This document shows, piece by piece, positions 1 to 17,140 of a stretch of 64,000 bases of DNA. The translations under genes and the position numbers were made by a program. Origin of the DNA: Eledone cirrhosa. Its lineage: Eukaryota. Location of the stretch: positions 32,178,001 to 32,242,000 of the forward strand of contig OZ024760.1 in the NCBI GenBank assembly GCA_964016885.1, given 5' to 3'. How positions within the stretch are numbered: the first letter of the stretch is position 1; each line of letters opens with the position of its first letter. The notes under the pieces were generated by a model. The model was not told the DNA's origin. It did no database searches and worked only from the letters and a program-made list of their open reading frames with translations.

Positions 1-1098
1 ATGCAAAGTATGGGTACATAAAAGATGTAGTGGGATCACAGGTAAACTATCTAAGAACGTAGATTTTATATGTGGCCAATGCTCAGGTGCAATAAGTAGC
101 AAGTGTCCAAAGGATACTAGCTCCTTCTATTGCCCAGATGGTTCTATAGAAATAGTAGACACTTTCTGTTACCTGGGTGACGAAATCAGAAGTGGGGGAG
201 GGTGCTCTGAAAGTACAGTAGCCAGAGTCAGAATGGGATGGAAAAAGTTCAGAGAGCTTATACCGCTGTTGACCACAAAAGGTTTCTCTCTAAAAATGAA
301 AGGCAGATTGTATGATGCCTGTATACGAACAGCAATGCTACATGGCAGTGATACATGGGCATTACGTGCAGAGGACCTGCGTATACTGGAAAGGAACGAA
401 GCATGCATGCTCCGTTGGATGTATAATAGTAATATACGTGAACGGCAAAGCATTAATGAACTAAGTGAGAAATTAGGAATAAGAGGTATCAGATGCTGGT
501 TACTTGAGAGAAGACTACGTTGGTATGGTCACGTGATGCGCATGAAAGACGACAGCTGCATAAAAAAGTGCAGGCGATCAAAATAGATGGTAGTTACGGA
601 GTAGGTAGACCCAGAAAAACCTGGGATGATCTGATAAATTCCGACCTCACACACTTACACCTCTCTAAGACAATGTCACTGGACCGAGATCTTTGGCGCT
701 ACGCAGTAATACAGAAGACCCGCCTTGCCTAAGTACAAAGCGAAACCTACAGTCAGTAGGCACCTCTTAACCAAATATACACCCCAATCCACTACCCCTA
801 CCCTATCCTCCCACTCCCACCAACAGCACGAGATAATGAGATCGAGATCGTGTAGGTGTCACGACAAAAAAACACACAGTCCACGCTGTAATGTGGCCGT
901 GTAGGTAACACGGTAAAAAGTTCCCAGTTCCACACTGTAAATGTGGTTGGTGTTGGGAAGGGCATCCAGCCGTAGAAAACCTGCCAGATAGTCCTATATG
1001 AGAAAGACATGGTCACCCGACCAGCCTTGCCTCAAGTGGGACAGCTCCCGTCCAAACCCATGCAAGCGTGGAAGATGGACTTTAAACGATGATGATGA
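1..1098 (+). mobile_element. RTE-clade LINE 3' fragment (post-RT C-terminal region, frameshifted) with 3' UTR and (GAT)n tail
   Basis: ORFs 233-586 and 520-732 give [41 protein letters not shown], the typical RTE C-terminus. Ends in GATGATGATGAT running into (TA)n. Confidence 0.9.
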
Positions 1099-1148
1099 TA
1101 TATATATATATACATATATATATACATATATATATAAATATATACATG

Positions 1149-1226
<78 letters not shown>

Positions 1227-1291
1227 TATATATATATAAACGGAAAAAATGAAACGAAATTTCATTTCTCACTCTTAGTACGGCTGTTACT

Positions 1292-2234
<943 letters not shown>

Positions 2235-2355
2235 TATATATATATACACATATATATATATATATACACACATATATATATATACACACACACATATATA
2301 TATATATATATACACACACACATATATATATACACACACACACATATATATATAT

Positions 2356-2450
<95 letters not shown>

Positions 2451-2647
2451 TATATAAACACATAAATATATATATATACACACATATATATATATATACA
2501 CACACATATATATATACACACATATATATATATATACACACATATATATATATACACACATATATATATATACACACATATATATATACACACACATATA
2601 TATATACATATACACAAACACATATATATACACACATATATATATAC

Positions 2648-2776
<129 letters not shown>

Positions 2777-2817
2777 TATATACATATATATATATATATA
2801 CACATATATATATATAT

Positions 2818-3537
2818 AGCTGCAAAAGGCTTCTCCCTCAAAATGAAAGGCAGACTGTATGATGCGTGTATACAAACAGCGATGTTACATGGTAGTGAGA
2901 CCTGGGCGCTGTCTGCAGAAGACTTACGTAGATTAGAAAGAAACGAGGCCTGCATGCTCCGATGGATGTGTAATAGTAATATACGCGAACGACAAAGCAT
3001 AAATGAATTGAGAGAGAGACTGAGTATAAGAGGAATCAAATGCTGTGTGCAGGAGAGGCGGTTGCGTTTGTATGGACATGTGATGCGTATGAAGGAAGAC
3101 AGCTGCATAAAAAGGTGCAGAGCACTAGAAGTTGATGGAAACCGCGGAGTGGGGAGACCCAAGAAGACCTGGCATGAGGTGATAGGGGCCGACCTTACCC
3201 AATTACACCTCTCAAAGGCGATGACACACGACCGTGACCTCTGGCGTCACGCAGTAATACAGAGTACCCGACCACCCATGGGTACAAGCTGAAGCATATA
3301 GACAATATGCCCCCACACCTTCCCACTGCAAAGTGGTCGTGGAGGTGCCACGGCAAAAAAGCACCCAGCACTCACTGTAAATGAGGTTGGTGTTAGGAAG
3401 GGCATCCAGCTGTAGAAATCAAGCCAAAATCAGTTCCTGTATGAGCAAGGCATGGTCAGCCGACCAGACACTGCCCACAACAGGACAACCAGTCTAACCC
3501 ATGCTAGCATGGAAGAACGGACGTGAGATGATGATGA

Positions 3538-3540
<3 letters not shown>
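2818..3540 (+). mobile_element. RTE-clade LINE 3' fragment with 3' UTR and (GAT)n tail
   Basis: C-terminal part of ORF 2063-3292 ([16 protein letters not shown]...GRPKKTW), paralogous to 233-732. 5' end abuts a microsatellite. Confidence 0.9.
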
Positions 3541-3604
<64 letters not shown>

Positions 3605-3791
3605 GATAAATCTACCAAGAGTTTACGGTAGTGTCCAATCCGTATGAAGAACTCAATGTATTCCAGATATCATGGAAAGAAGAGATGTAATGAAAATCCA
3701 CTTTCGGTGAAAGATAAACGGTATACAGAGTCAAGATAAAATATTAAACAAATAATGAACAAACAATTCCTTATATTAAACAAAAAAAGTT

Positions 3792-3942
3792 CACTATTTA
3801 ACGATCGTTTCTAGGGTATATATGTGTTATAATTGGTATGCATATTCAACAGATCTATGTACAAAATTATACAAAATTATACAAATTATCAAGATTAAAT
3901 ATACATACCTAACACATATATACGCCGTCTTCAGAAATAATG
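3792..3942 (-). ncRNA. Hammerhead ribozyme motif with extended stem II
   Basis: Reverse complement of 11599-11749. Confidence 0.8.
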
Positions 3943-4764
3943 AAGTATATTTATTGATAATAACAACAATTCAAAATATCAGTTCAAAATTGACCAATGA
4001 AAACACAAAGGGTTAAAAGCAGTTTGGTGTGTGTATATACATGTAAAATCCTTACACATATTTTACAATAATGTGTGTATAATTTGTATGTGCATACTAA
4101 AAAGATGGATGCAAACACAAAATTTCAAGGTTAATATCTCTGTAAGCTTAATGCGCTGATAAGATGCGCAATGATACTTATGGAGTCAAGCATATAAATA
4201 TATTTTTTTCATACTCACACATATCAGTATAATCACACATACATGCGCGTATATGCATAAATATACACATAATCACGAACATACAAACACACACACTCCC
4301 CCACTCACATTTATATATGTGGATATAAAATCATAAGCAAATAGAAATTAAGTCACTCACATAAAACACTGGCACACACATTTCAAGATCAAGATACAGA
4401 AATTAGGTGGGAGGGGGGGGAGGGGTCAGTATTAGATTGTCAGAGCAGACTGCCTAATATAAATGTATCTATAAATTAAGAAAAATAAAAAAATAAAAAC
4501 AATAAAATATAATAAATATAATATAATGTACATACACATACAGATATACATACACATACATACATGTACGCGCACATAGAGATATTTACGCATACACACA
4601 TACACACATACGTATACAGTCATACACACACATACACTTACACGAACATACACATACACATATAAAAAGATATATATACACACACACACACGCGCAACAC
4701 ATACACACATACACATATATATAAAAAATAGATAATAAAGATATATATCCATATATATATATAT

Positions 4765-4819
<55 letters not shown>

Positions 4820-4908
4820 TATACACATACATATCCATACATCTAAATATACATACACATACATACACACATACATGTATATACATGTACATACATATAC
4901 GCACATCG

Positions 4909-4960
<52 letters not shown>

Positions 4961-5300
4961 TCACATAGACATAAAGATACATACACACACAACCTACATA
5001 CACACGCATATACATATATATATATATATATAGATGTACCTTCATACATAGAATTAGATATATAATCATACATACATATGCACCTACTTATACTCATATA
5101 AATAAATACATACGCTTCCATATATGTGTATACACATAAAAAACAATACCACCTCACCAAACTCAGACATACAAATGAAAATAATAATAAAAAAACGCAT
5201 ATGTATATACATACACACACTCATTAATAGAGATATATATATATACACACATACATACACACACATATATATACATACACACACACATACATACACATAC

Positions 5301-5349
<49 letters not shown>

Positions 5350-5667
5350 TAGACTCATATATATATATATACATATATATATATAAACATATATATCCAC
5401 ACACTCATACCACCATAAATACACATACAAACACCCACATGTATATATATATATATATCCACATACACACACGTATACATATATATATATATATATATAG
5501 ACATACATATATATATATACACACACATAAAAAACAGACATGCACATATATATATATATATATATATTTCATTACTCTTATATATACACATAGTATATAT
5601 ACATACACAACCTCACTTATACACATATACACATAAGTTATATTACAATAATAATAAAGAATAATAT

Positions 5668-5700
<33 letters not shown>

Positions 5701-5840
5701 CATATATATATATATATACATACATACATACACATACATACATACACATAAATATATACATACATAAATACACACATACGAATAAAGACATATATTCACA
5801 CATAGACACCTATATACATATATATATATATATATATATC

Positions 5841-5888
<48 letters not shown>

Positions 5889-7648
5889 CACACACACACA
5901 CACACACAGACACACATACACACTCACATATATATATATATATATGTGTATGTGAGTGTGCGCACATACACATATATACACACACACATACAAACACACA
6001 CAAACACATACATATGCATACGTGCACACACACACACATATATCACATAGATACGAAGATAAACATATAAATAGAGAGACATACAAATATATACACAACA
6101 CATATACACATACATACATACACGCATATACATATACATACATATATACACATATATAAATTCCTATATACAAGCATACACATACATACACATATATACA
6201 TATACATACACATATACATACCACACATTCACATACACATACATATATAATACATATATATACATATATATACATACATATGTATGTACAATCATATATA
6301 CACACTCAATCTTACATTCATATTTACATGCTCATAAATGTATTTTTATATTTAGAAATAAATACCAAAACCTATATAGACACCCACCTACATATATATT
6401 CATACATATACGCTTACAAATACAGATGATAATAGTATGGGGGAAAGGGGGGGTTTGGAGAAGGGGATCAAAGTAAATATATGTTTCAAGAAACATATAA
6501 TATTTTCCGTATCTTAATTCAATGTATGTTCTTACATATTTTCAGTGCTAGGAAATACGAAATCCATGCATCTCAAAATAAATAAGTATACCATTAATCA
6601 TATGTTAACTAAACCAAAGATAGTCAACATATTGATTTCTAAGGTGTAAATTAGTTAGGTTTATAATATTTGAAGCAGAATTATGAAGTCAAACAGTAGT
6701 AGATTATTAATTACATTATAACTAAATTAAAGTTAATAACATTATGGTATCAATATTAGGAGATGAATTTAGTAATAGGGAAAAGAAACCCAAATAAAAA
6801 TAAAATAAAGTATTACATCGGTAGTAGCATATAAATTATATGTTAACTAAATTAAAAATTATATATTTATTTCAATAGTATACGTTAATTAGTATATGTT
6901 AATTAGGTATACAATACATAAAGCAGATATTGTATTTCATCAATAGCGTAATATAATTATATGCAAATAAAAATCAAAATTAATACGCATACATATACAT
7001 ATACATACACATACACATATACATACATATACACACATATATATATATATATACATATATATACACATATATACATATATACTCACATAAACATACATAC
7101 AGATACACATACACAACACACACATATACATATACATATACATATACATATCTTTTTCAAAAAATTGCACAGAATATATTAACTAGGTATATATCCAAAA
7201 CACATCCCATTCTATGATTACATGACATTCTGCAATTCGTCTGTACAAGGATACTAATTTTAAGCAAATTAAAATTAAAGTTTTAGGTTGATTAAAACTA
7301 AAACCAAATAATAAATATATTTCCAAAATGTATATTAATTAGGTCTATAATACTAAAAATTCTTTCTCCGTCATTGGATACATGATATTATTTTGTTATA
7401 TTTTATCTGTAAAAGAATTATAATAAAAAAAAAAAAAAAAATTATAATAAAAAAAAATTATAATAAAAAGGTTTAAATAAATTAAAATTAATCTATAGAT
7501 TAAATTACTGAGTATATATTAGTAATATTTAAAGGTTTTTCAAAATTTATGATTACATAATATTTTCTCATCTGTAATAAAATATTAATTAAATTAAATT
7601 TATAGGTTAACTAACATTTAAATTAAATTAATTTCTAGAATAATGTTA

Positions 7649-9030
7649 TTAATTAGGTTTATAATATTTAAATGTTTTTTTTAGTTTATGATTACACGAT
7701 ATAATTAATTCCTGTCGTTTATTTAATAAGATATCCCTAGACTTCATTATTTCAAATAGTTCTTGGGAACATAATCTACATTCCTTTCTATTATTTTGAT
7801 AAGGGGTGGCTCTTTTGAGCACATTCCAGGTCAAATCATATTTTATATTTTTATTTTTATAACTATTGATTTTTTCTGCTAGAGATGTTGTATTAGCCAG
7901 TGCGGCATTTTTAAAGCTATGTTTGTGGGTATTATACCTTGTCTTAAAATTGTTAGAGGTAGCTCCTATATATGAGCAAATAGAATCTTTAGTTTTAACA
8001 TTACATTTATAGACTATGTTGTTAACAAGACAATTCCCTTTTAATGGGCAGTTTGTTTTGTTTCTACAGTTACATCCTTTCGTTAATTCTGTATTTGAGG
8101 AGATATTATTGTTAATTTGATGTACTGGTGGTATACTTATGGTTTTCTTACATTTATATGCATTATATGCACTTATATTTTGTTTTATGTTATTTGTTGT
8201 AGAGTATGAGAATTTAACTGTAGACCTATTTAAGATTTGATGGTATTTGTGGTTTGGCGGGAAGTTTTTCTCAAGGATATAAAAAAATTTTTTAGCAATA
8301 TTATCCTTAACTTGTAAATTAAAAGGAGCATTATACCAAGTAACTCGTCTATTACGGTTTCTATGTTGTTTATTATTTTTATTATTTTTATATGTTGTAT
8401 CATGATTTTTACTAGGAGGATTAATGTTAATGATCTCACCACAACTATTTTTAGTTATATTTGTAGATTTAGGTGTTTTATCTTTTTTATTAGGAGTTTT
8501 ATTATTAATATTTATTATAGTTGTATGATGAGTAGTTTTTTGAGGGTTACTATACTTTATATTAGAAGATATAGTATTTTGGGGTATATTGTGGGTGGCA
8601 TTTAGGTGTGTACTTTTCATTTGGTGTTTGTTGGTAATATTATGCTGTATGCTTTCAGTATTTTTAGTAGAAGGTATATACTCTAATCTATTTTTGTGGC
8701 CACTTCTATCTAGAGCTTCATTATAAAAGGTCGCATTTTTATCAAATACATCTTGGTTAGAAGAAAGGTTAGAAATTCTAAGTGATATATTATATGCAAG
8801 GTTTTTAAGGATAGATTTAGGGTGATTAGATTGTGAGTGTATGTAATGTAAGTTTTGGTTAGGTTTATGGTAAGGTTGGTATATACCCGTAGCTAAATCT
8901 AAAGTTATATCTAGGAAATTTACTACTTTACTTGTTTTTTCAAAAGTAATATTAAGATTATAATAGTCTTTAAGGAAAGTTCTAATATGCTTTTTGTTTT
9001 TTTCGATTTCTGAAAGGCTAAGGTTGTTAG
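7649..9030 (-). CDS. PLE RT C-terminus/thumb plus GIY-YIG endonuclease (5'-truncated, open frame)
   Basis: VNFLDITLDL..YHKPN..YIHSQSNHP; CNCRNKTNCPLKGNC; IVYKC..SYIGAT..FKTRY..H; CRLC..E. The first ~24 aa of the track ORF come from the inverted arm. Confidence 0.85.
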
Positions 9031-9648
9031 AAAATATTATATGTTTCTTGAAACATATATTTACTTTGATCCCCTTCTCCAAACCCCCCCTTTCCCCCAT
9101 ACTATTATCATCTGTATTTGTAAGCGTATATGTATGAATATATATGTAGGTGGGTGTCTATATAGGTTTTGGTATTTATTTCTAAATATAAAAATACATT
9201 TATGAGCATGTAAATATGAATGTAAGATTGAGTGTGTATATATGATTGTACATACATATGTATGTATATATATGTATATATATGTATTATATATGAATGT
9301 GTATGTGAATGTGTGGTATGTATATGTGTATGTATATGTATATATGTGTATGTATGTGTATGCTTGTATATAGGAATTTATATAAGTGTATATATGTATG
9401 TATATGTATATGCGTGTATGTATGTATGTGTATATGTGTTGTGTATATATTTGTATGTCTCTCTATTTATATGTTTATCTTCGTATCTATGTGATATATG
9501 TGTGTGTGTGTGCACGTATGCATATGTATGTGTTTGTGTGTGTTTGTATGTGTGTGTGTATATATGTGTATGTGCGCACACTCACATACACATATATATA
9601 TATATATATGTGAGTGTGTATGTGTGTCTGTGTGTGTGTGTGTGTGTG

Positions 9649-9696
<48 letters not shown>

Positions 9697-9836
9697 GATA
9701 TATATATATATATATATATGTATATAGGTGTCTATGTGTGAATATATGTCTTTATTCGTATGTGTGTATTTATGTATGTATATATTTATGTGTATGTATG
9801 TATGTGTATGTATGTATGTATATATATATATATATG

Positions 9837-9869
<33 letters not shown>

Positions 9870-10187
9870 ATATTATTCTTTATTATTATTGTAATATAAC
9901 TTATGTGTATATGTGTATAAGTGAGGTTGTGTATGTATATATACTATGTGTATATATAAGAGTAATGAAATATATATATATATATATATATGTGCATGTC
10001 TGTTTTTTATGTGTGTGTATATATATATATGTATGTCTATATATATATATATATATATGTATACGTGTGTGTATGTGGATATATATATATATATACATGT
10101 GGGTGTTTGTATGTGTATTTATGGTGGTATGAGTGTGTGGATATATATGTTTATATATATATATGTATATATATATATATGAGTCTA

Positions 10188-10240
<53 letters not shown>

Positions 10241-10580
10241 GTATGTGTATGTATGTGTGTGTGTATGTATATATATGTGTGTGTATGTATGTGTGTATAT
10301 ATATATATCTCTATTAATGCGTGTGTGTATGTATATACATATGCGTTTTTTTATTATTATTTTCATTTGTATGTCTGAGTTTGGTGAGGTGGTATTGTTT
10401 TTTATGTGTATACACATATATGGAAGCGTATGTATTTATTTATATGAGTATAAGTAGGTGCATATGTATGTATGATTATATATCTAATTCTATGTATGAA
10501 GGTACATCTATATATATATATATATATGTATATGCGTGTGTATGTAGGTTGTGTGTGTATGTATCTTTATGTCTATGTGA

Positions 10581-10632
<52 letters not shown>

Positions 10633-10721
10633 CGATGTGCGTATATGTATGTACATGTATATACATGTATGTGTGTATGTATGTGTATGTATATTTAGAT
10701 GTATGGATATGTATGTGTATA

Positions 10722-10776
<55 letters not shown>

Positions 10777-11598
10777 ATATATATATATATGGATATATAT
10801 CTTTATTATCTATTTTTTATATATATGTGTATGTGTGTATGTGTTGCGCGTGTGTGTGTGTGTATATATATCTTTTTATATGTGTATGTGTATGTTCGTG
10901 TAAGTGTATGTGTGTGTATGACTGTATACGTATGTGTGTATGTGTGTATGCGTAAATATCTCTATGTGCGCGTACATGTATGTATGTGTATGTATATCTG
11001 TATGTGTATGTACATTATATTATATTTATTATATTTTATTGTTTTTATTTTTTTATTTTTCTTAATTTATAGATACATTTATATTAGGCAGTCTGCTCTG
11101 ACAATCTAATACTGACCCCTCCCCCCCCTCCCACCTAATTTCTGTATCTTGATCTTGAAATGTGTGTGCCAGTGTTTTATGTGAGTGACTTAATTTCTAT
11201 TTGCTTATGATTTTATATCCACATATATAAATGTGAGTGGGGGAGTGTGTGTGTTTGTATGTTCGTGATTATGTGTATATTTATGCATATACGCGCATGT
11301 ATGTGTGATTATACTGATATGTGTGAGTATGAAAAAAATATATTTATATGCTTGACTCCATAAGTATCATTGCGCATCTTATCAGCGCATTAAGCTTACA
11401 GAGATATTAACCTTGAAATTTTGTGTTTGCATCCATCTTTTTAGTATGCACATACAAATTATACACACATTATTGTAAAATATGTGTAAGGATTTTACAT
11501 GTATATACACACACCAAACTGCTTTTAACCCTTTGTGTTTTCATTGGTCAATTTTGAACTGATATTTTGAATTGTTGTTATTATCAATAAATATACTT

Positions 11599-11749
11599 CA
11601 TTATTTCTGAAGACGGCGTATATATGTGTTAGGTATGTATATTTAATCTTGATAATTTGTATAATTTTGTATAATTTTGTACATAGATCTGTTGAATATG
11701 CATACCAATTATAACACATATATACCCTAGAAACGATCGTTAAATAGTG
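11599..11749 (+). ncRNA. Hammerhead ribozyme motif with extended stem II
   Basis: cattattt CTGAAGA cggcgtatatatgtgtta...taacacatatatacccta GAAA cgatcg TT aaatagtg. 8-bp stem I, palindromic stem III AACGATCGTT. Confidence 0.8.
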
Positions 11750-11796
11750 AACTTTTTTTGTTTAATATAAGGAATTGTTTGTTCACTATTTGTTTA

Positions 11797-11827
<31 letters not shown>

Positions 11828-12195
11828 TGGTAAACGGAATAGAAAATGCTGACAAATTGTTCACAGTTGAAAAATGGTTTAATTAGGAATAAAAGAGTAT
11901 TAGTGATTGTATGGGTTAGTATTCAGTTGTGGTTTTAAGTTTTTAAGTTTTTACCGGTTGCGCATTTCTAAATGCTTTTCAAAAATAATTTTGAGATAGA
12001 GTGTCCGTGCTGTTTGCTCTGATCTGATTAGTTTTGGGAATTCTACCTGTTTTTATGTTAAAAAAGTGGCTCCAGCGTTATTTTTGTGTTGCAAAAATGC
12101 TTGTGGTCAAAACAATTTTGATTGGTCGGTAGAGGTCATGTGAATGTAAAAAGTTGATTCTGCGCCAAGATTGAGAAATGACTCTTTCACAACAA

Positions 12196-12251
<56 letters not shown>

Positions 12252-12320
12252 TAGTAGTAGTAAGGTGTTCGATGCTGCGACAATGGCCAGCAGCGATCTG
12301 TGTCAAATGGCTATTAAGAT

Positions 12321-12359
<39 letters not shown>

Positions 12360-13322
12360 GCAGAGTCATTCGAAGGTCAAAAAATATTTTTCAGCTTTTG
12401 TCTTATACGGAGAAGTGCGTGTGTGTGTGTGTGTGTGTGTGTGTATAAGTCTCTTTGTATGTTGATGTACGCGTGTGTATGTGTTTGTGTATATATGTGT
12501 GTGGGGGGGGGGGGACCAGTATTTTTTTCCCCCTGGTAAAATGGTGTACATTATTCGATTTTTTCAGTAAAATCGGTTCTCTTAATAGAACATCAAAAAT
12601 CTTAACAATAAAAGGTGTGAAATGATATTCACTATATATATATACACACATACATATATTCACTACATATATATATACATATACATATATACATACATAT
12701 ATATGCACATATATTTTTTTGTATTGCACCATAGAGCATGTGTGTTTACGTGTGTCATTGTGTTTATATGTGGGTAGAGATGTGTGCTGATGTAGGTATG
12801 TATGTTGACGTGTGTATGTTGTGGGTTCGTCTTAGGGAGAAGTGTTTAGACGGGGTCCGTATTTGTTAATGAAGTAAGATTCCTTGCTGATGCGCTGGAT
12901 GTGGGTGGCATTATCTTTAAATTTGTAGAGGGGAAAGATTCTGAAGTTGGGATGATTTTGGGCGGCACAGGTATCAATGTGTTCACTCAGTGGTATTTTC
13001 CTGTATTCCCGTATTTTAATTTGGGATCTATGGACAGTCATGCGTTGGCGGAGGCTGTTTTTGGTCTGGCCTATGTATTGTTCTCGACAACCTGAACAAG
13101 TTAATACATATATTAGATTTTCCGATGCACATGTGAAATTGTGTTTTACTATAAAACGTTGTCCATCTTTGAAATAGAATTCCGAACCATCTATTAGGTT
13201 GATGCAAATGCCACAGTTGGGTCTATCGCATTTTTTTACTGTGGGTTTCGTTGTTGTGGTTGGCAGTACTTTGGCATGTGTTAAGATGTTTTTCATTGAC
13301 TTGGATTGTCTTTTGCTCTTTA
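11828..13322 (-). mobile_element. Neptune-type PLE 3' fragment (GIY-YIG domain 12832-13322 plus ~1-kb 3' UTR)
   Basis: [10 protein letters not shown] linker, [34 protein letters not shown]. Same family as 40415-42271. Confidence 0.88.
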
Positions 13323-13333
13323 TGATATATATA

Positions 13334-13389
<56 letters not shown>

Positions 13390-13400
13390 TATATATATAC

Positions 13401-14093
<693 letters not shown>

Positions 14094-14099
14094 CATACA

Positions 14100-14646
<547 letters not shown>

Positions 14647-14685
14647 GCGAAGTAGTTTCAGATGTTCAAGTCCTTTAATAATAAT

Positions 14686-14759
14686 GCTGTGATATATATT
14701 TCAATGACGACACTGGCCACACTGTTCTGTGTGCGAGTGTCGTGTCATCATCAGACAGC
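14686..14759 (-). ncRNA. Type I hammerhead ribozyme motif
   Basis: Minus strand: gctgt CTGATGA tgacacgacact...agtgtcgtcatt GAAA tatata TC acagc. Confidence 0.8.
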
Positions 14760-14949
14760 TTGTTACATAATAAGGTTGTTTCAAAAAACCCAAAAGCACG
14801 AACTTCATCCGTTCCCATGTCGATTCAATTTGGATTGCCTCGGAAACAACCTTATTATGTAGGTCTAAGTGACCCATAACGCTCGTTATGGGTCACTTAG
14901 CGGCAAAATTATATTCCCAACTACAGATAACATTCAGTCACGACTTCGC

Positions 14950-16027
14950 CTTCTACATTAATAAAAACTGGAAACGTTACCTAGATGACTGCTTCATCTT
15001 CTGGAACAGAAGCCAAACAGACCTACAAAAAATTTTATTCGATCCTAAACAGGCTTCATGAAGCTATACAATTCACTATGGAATGTAACGAAAAGGAACT
15101 GACCTTTCTAGATATCCTCATCATTAAAGAAGGGGAAAATATCATAACGGACCTATTTTGCAAACCCACTGACACACACTAATACTTAAATTTCCGGTCA
15201 GCACACCCCTCACATACGAAAAGGAACATTCCCTTCAACATGGCAAGGCGCATCTGCACTATAGCAACACACCCCGTACTACAAGAAAAAAGATTATGTG
15301 ACCTGAAAAAATTCCTTAAAAAACAAGAATACCCGATGAAACTCATCAACGCAGACATCTCCAAGGCTAAGAACATCCCAATAACAACACTGAGAAAACC
15401 AAACCCACAACATAAAAAAGAAAACCCTGCTATCTCTTTTGTCATCACTCACAACCCAGGGAACATCAACATTGTGAAAACTGCTAAGCAGTATCTCCCG
15501 ATTCTACAGCAATCTACCAAAATGAATGCACTCTTAAAAAACACACAGATAATTTATAGCAGACGCCAAGCACCCAACCTTAAAAACTAATTACCAAGGC
15601 AAAATTTACGACCAACATGGAATCAATGCAAGTGACGAAATGCGGGGACCCTAGATGTGGAACCTGTGAACTCATCGAAGGGGGCAAACAGTTGTCCTTC
15701 AAAAACCATGATAATTTCAAGGTCAATGCTAACATGAACTGCAAAACGAAAAACCTAATATATTGCGCAACATGTCCACAGTGTAAAGAGTATTACATTG
15801 GGGAAACCGGAACGGGATTACATGATAGAGTCCGGGTACATAAACAACAAATTAAAGACCCCACAGTCAGAAATACCACATGTAGCGCACACTTTGCATG
15901 ATGCGGGAAGGGAAAATTCACAATCTTCCCTTTCTTCAAGATATGGTCGGATAACGAACATTTCCGCAGATATAAAGAAGAATTCTTCATAGAAAAATTT
16001 AAACCACTACTGAACACGAAAAAATGA
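14950..16027 (+). pseudogene. Degraded Neptune-type PLE ORF (RT C-terminus plus GIY-YIG)
   Basis: [65 protein letters not shown]. Contains stops and frameshifts. Confidence 0.88.
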
Positions 16028-16187
16028 ATTAACACTCGGAGGTAAAATTCCATTTCACTACCCCCCCCCCCTCTTCTTATGTATACACATGAATATCTGA
16101 GTAAACGGTGAGAGACACACACATATATGTGTGTAGGGATGTATGGATGTATGTACGTGTGGGTATATATGTATGTGGGTGTGTGTA

Positions 16188-16220
<33 letters not shown>

Positions 16221-16243
16221 GTATGGATGTGTGTATGTTTGTA

Positions 16244-16292
<49 letters not shown>

Positions 16293-16369
16293 GTATGTGT
16301 GTATGTGTGTATATGTGTGTATATGTACATGTATGTATGTGTATGTTTGTATATATATATATGTGTGTA

Positions 16370-16406
<37 letters not shown>

Positions 16407-16997
16407 ATAGATATGTATGTTTATGTGTGTGTGTATGTATGTGTATGTACCTATATATATGTGTGTGTGTGCGTATGTATGTGCATATATGTATATATGT
16501 GTGTACATATGTGTATGTTTCTGTTTGTGTATATGTATGTATATATATATGTAGATGTATGTTTATATATATGTATATATATGTATATATATGTGTATGT
16601 GTATATGTGTCTTTATGTGCTCGTGTGTACGCACATATATATATATGTATATATGTATGTGTGTATGTATGTGTGTGTATGTGTATATATATGTATATAT
16701 ATATGTATGTATATATGTATATATATATATATATATATGTATGTACATGTATGTGTATGTATGTATGTGTGTATGTATGTACTTGTATGTATATGTGTAT
16801 GTGTGTATGTGTGTGTGTGTATGCATGTATGTGTGAACGGAGGGGTATATATACGGACATATGTATGTGTGTGTGTGTGTGTGTGTGTATACACGTGCGT
16901 GTGTGTGTGTGTGTGTGTATGTGTGCGTGTATGTGAATATATGTATATTTAGTTATGTATCTTTATGTGTGTATATGTATGTATGTATATGTATGTA

Positions 16998-17044
<47 letters not shown>

Positions 17045-17091
17045 ATATATATTTATATGTGTGTGTGTATATGTGTGTGTATGTGTATATG

Positions 17092-17140
<49 letters not shown>

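Larger units (their letters stand above)
3601..11805 (-). mobile_element. 5'-truncated Penelope-like element (CxCx5C linker, probably Hydra-type clade) with a very long 3' UTR and an inverted 5' copy of it
   Basis: ORF 7649-9030, inverted arms 3736-6507/9030-11805, a hammerhead in each arm, (TA)n on both flanks. Confidence 0.85.
3736..11805. repeat. ~2.77-kb near-perfect inverted repeat (3736-6507 / 9030-11805)
   Basis: Arms are reverse complements. The ORF track shows mirrored near-identical peptides (3822-4016 + vs 11525-11719 -). Confidence 0.97.

Noticed and set aside
9030-9100. ATG start of the 483-aa ORF as a genuine start
   Set aside because: It lies in the inverted arm fused to a 5'-truncated RT, and the catalytic DD motif is missing.
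15899-15901. In-frame TGA in the GIY-YIG domain as possible selenocysteine
   Set aside because: It aligns with the residue before the conserved Cys (HFA*C vs HIDTC), and the ORF has other stops and frameshifts. More likely a nonsense mutation.
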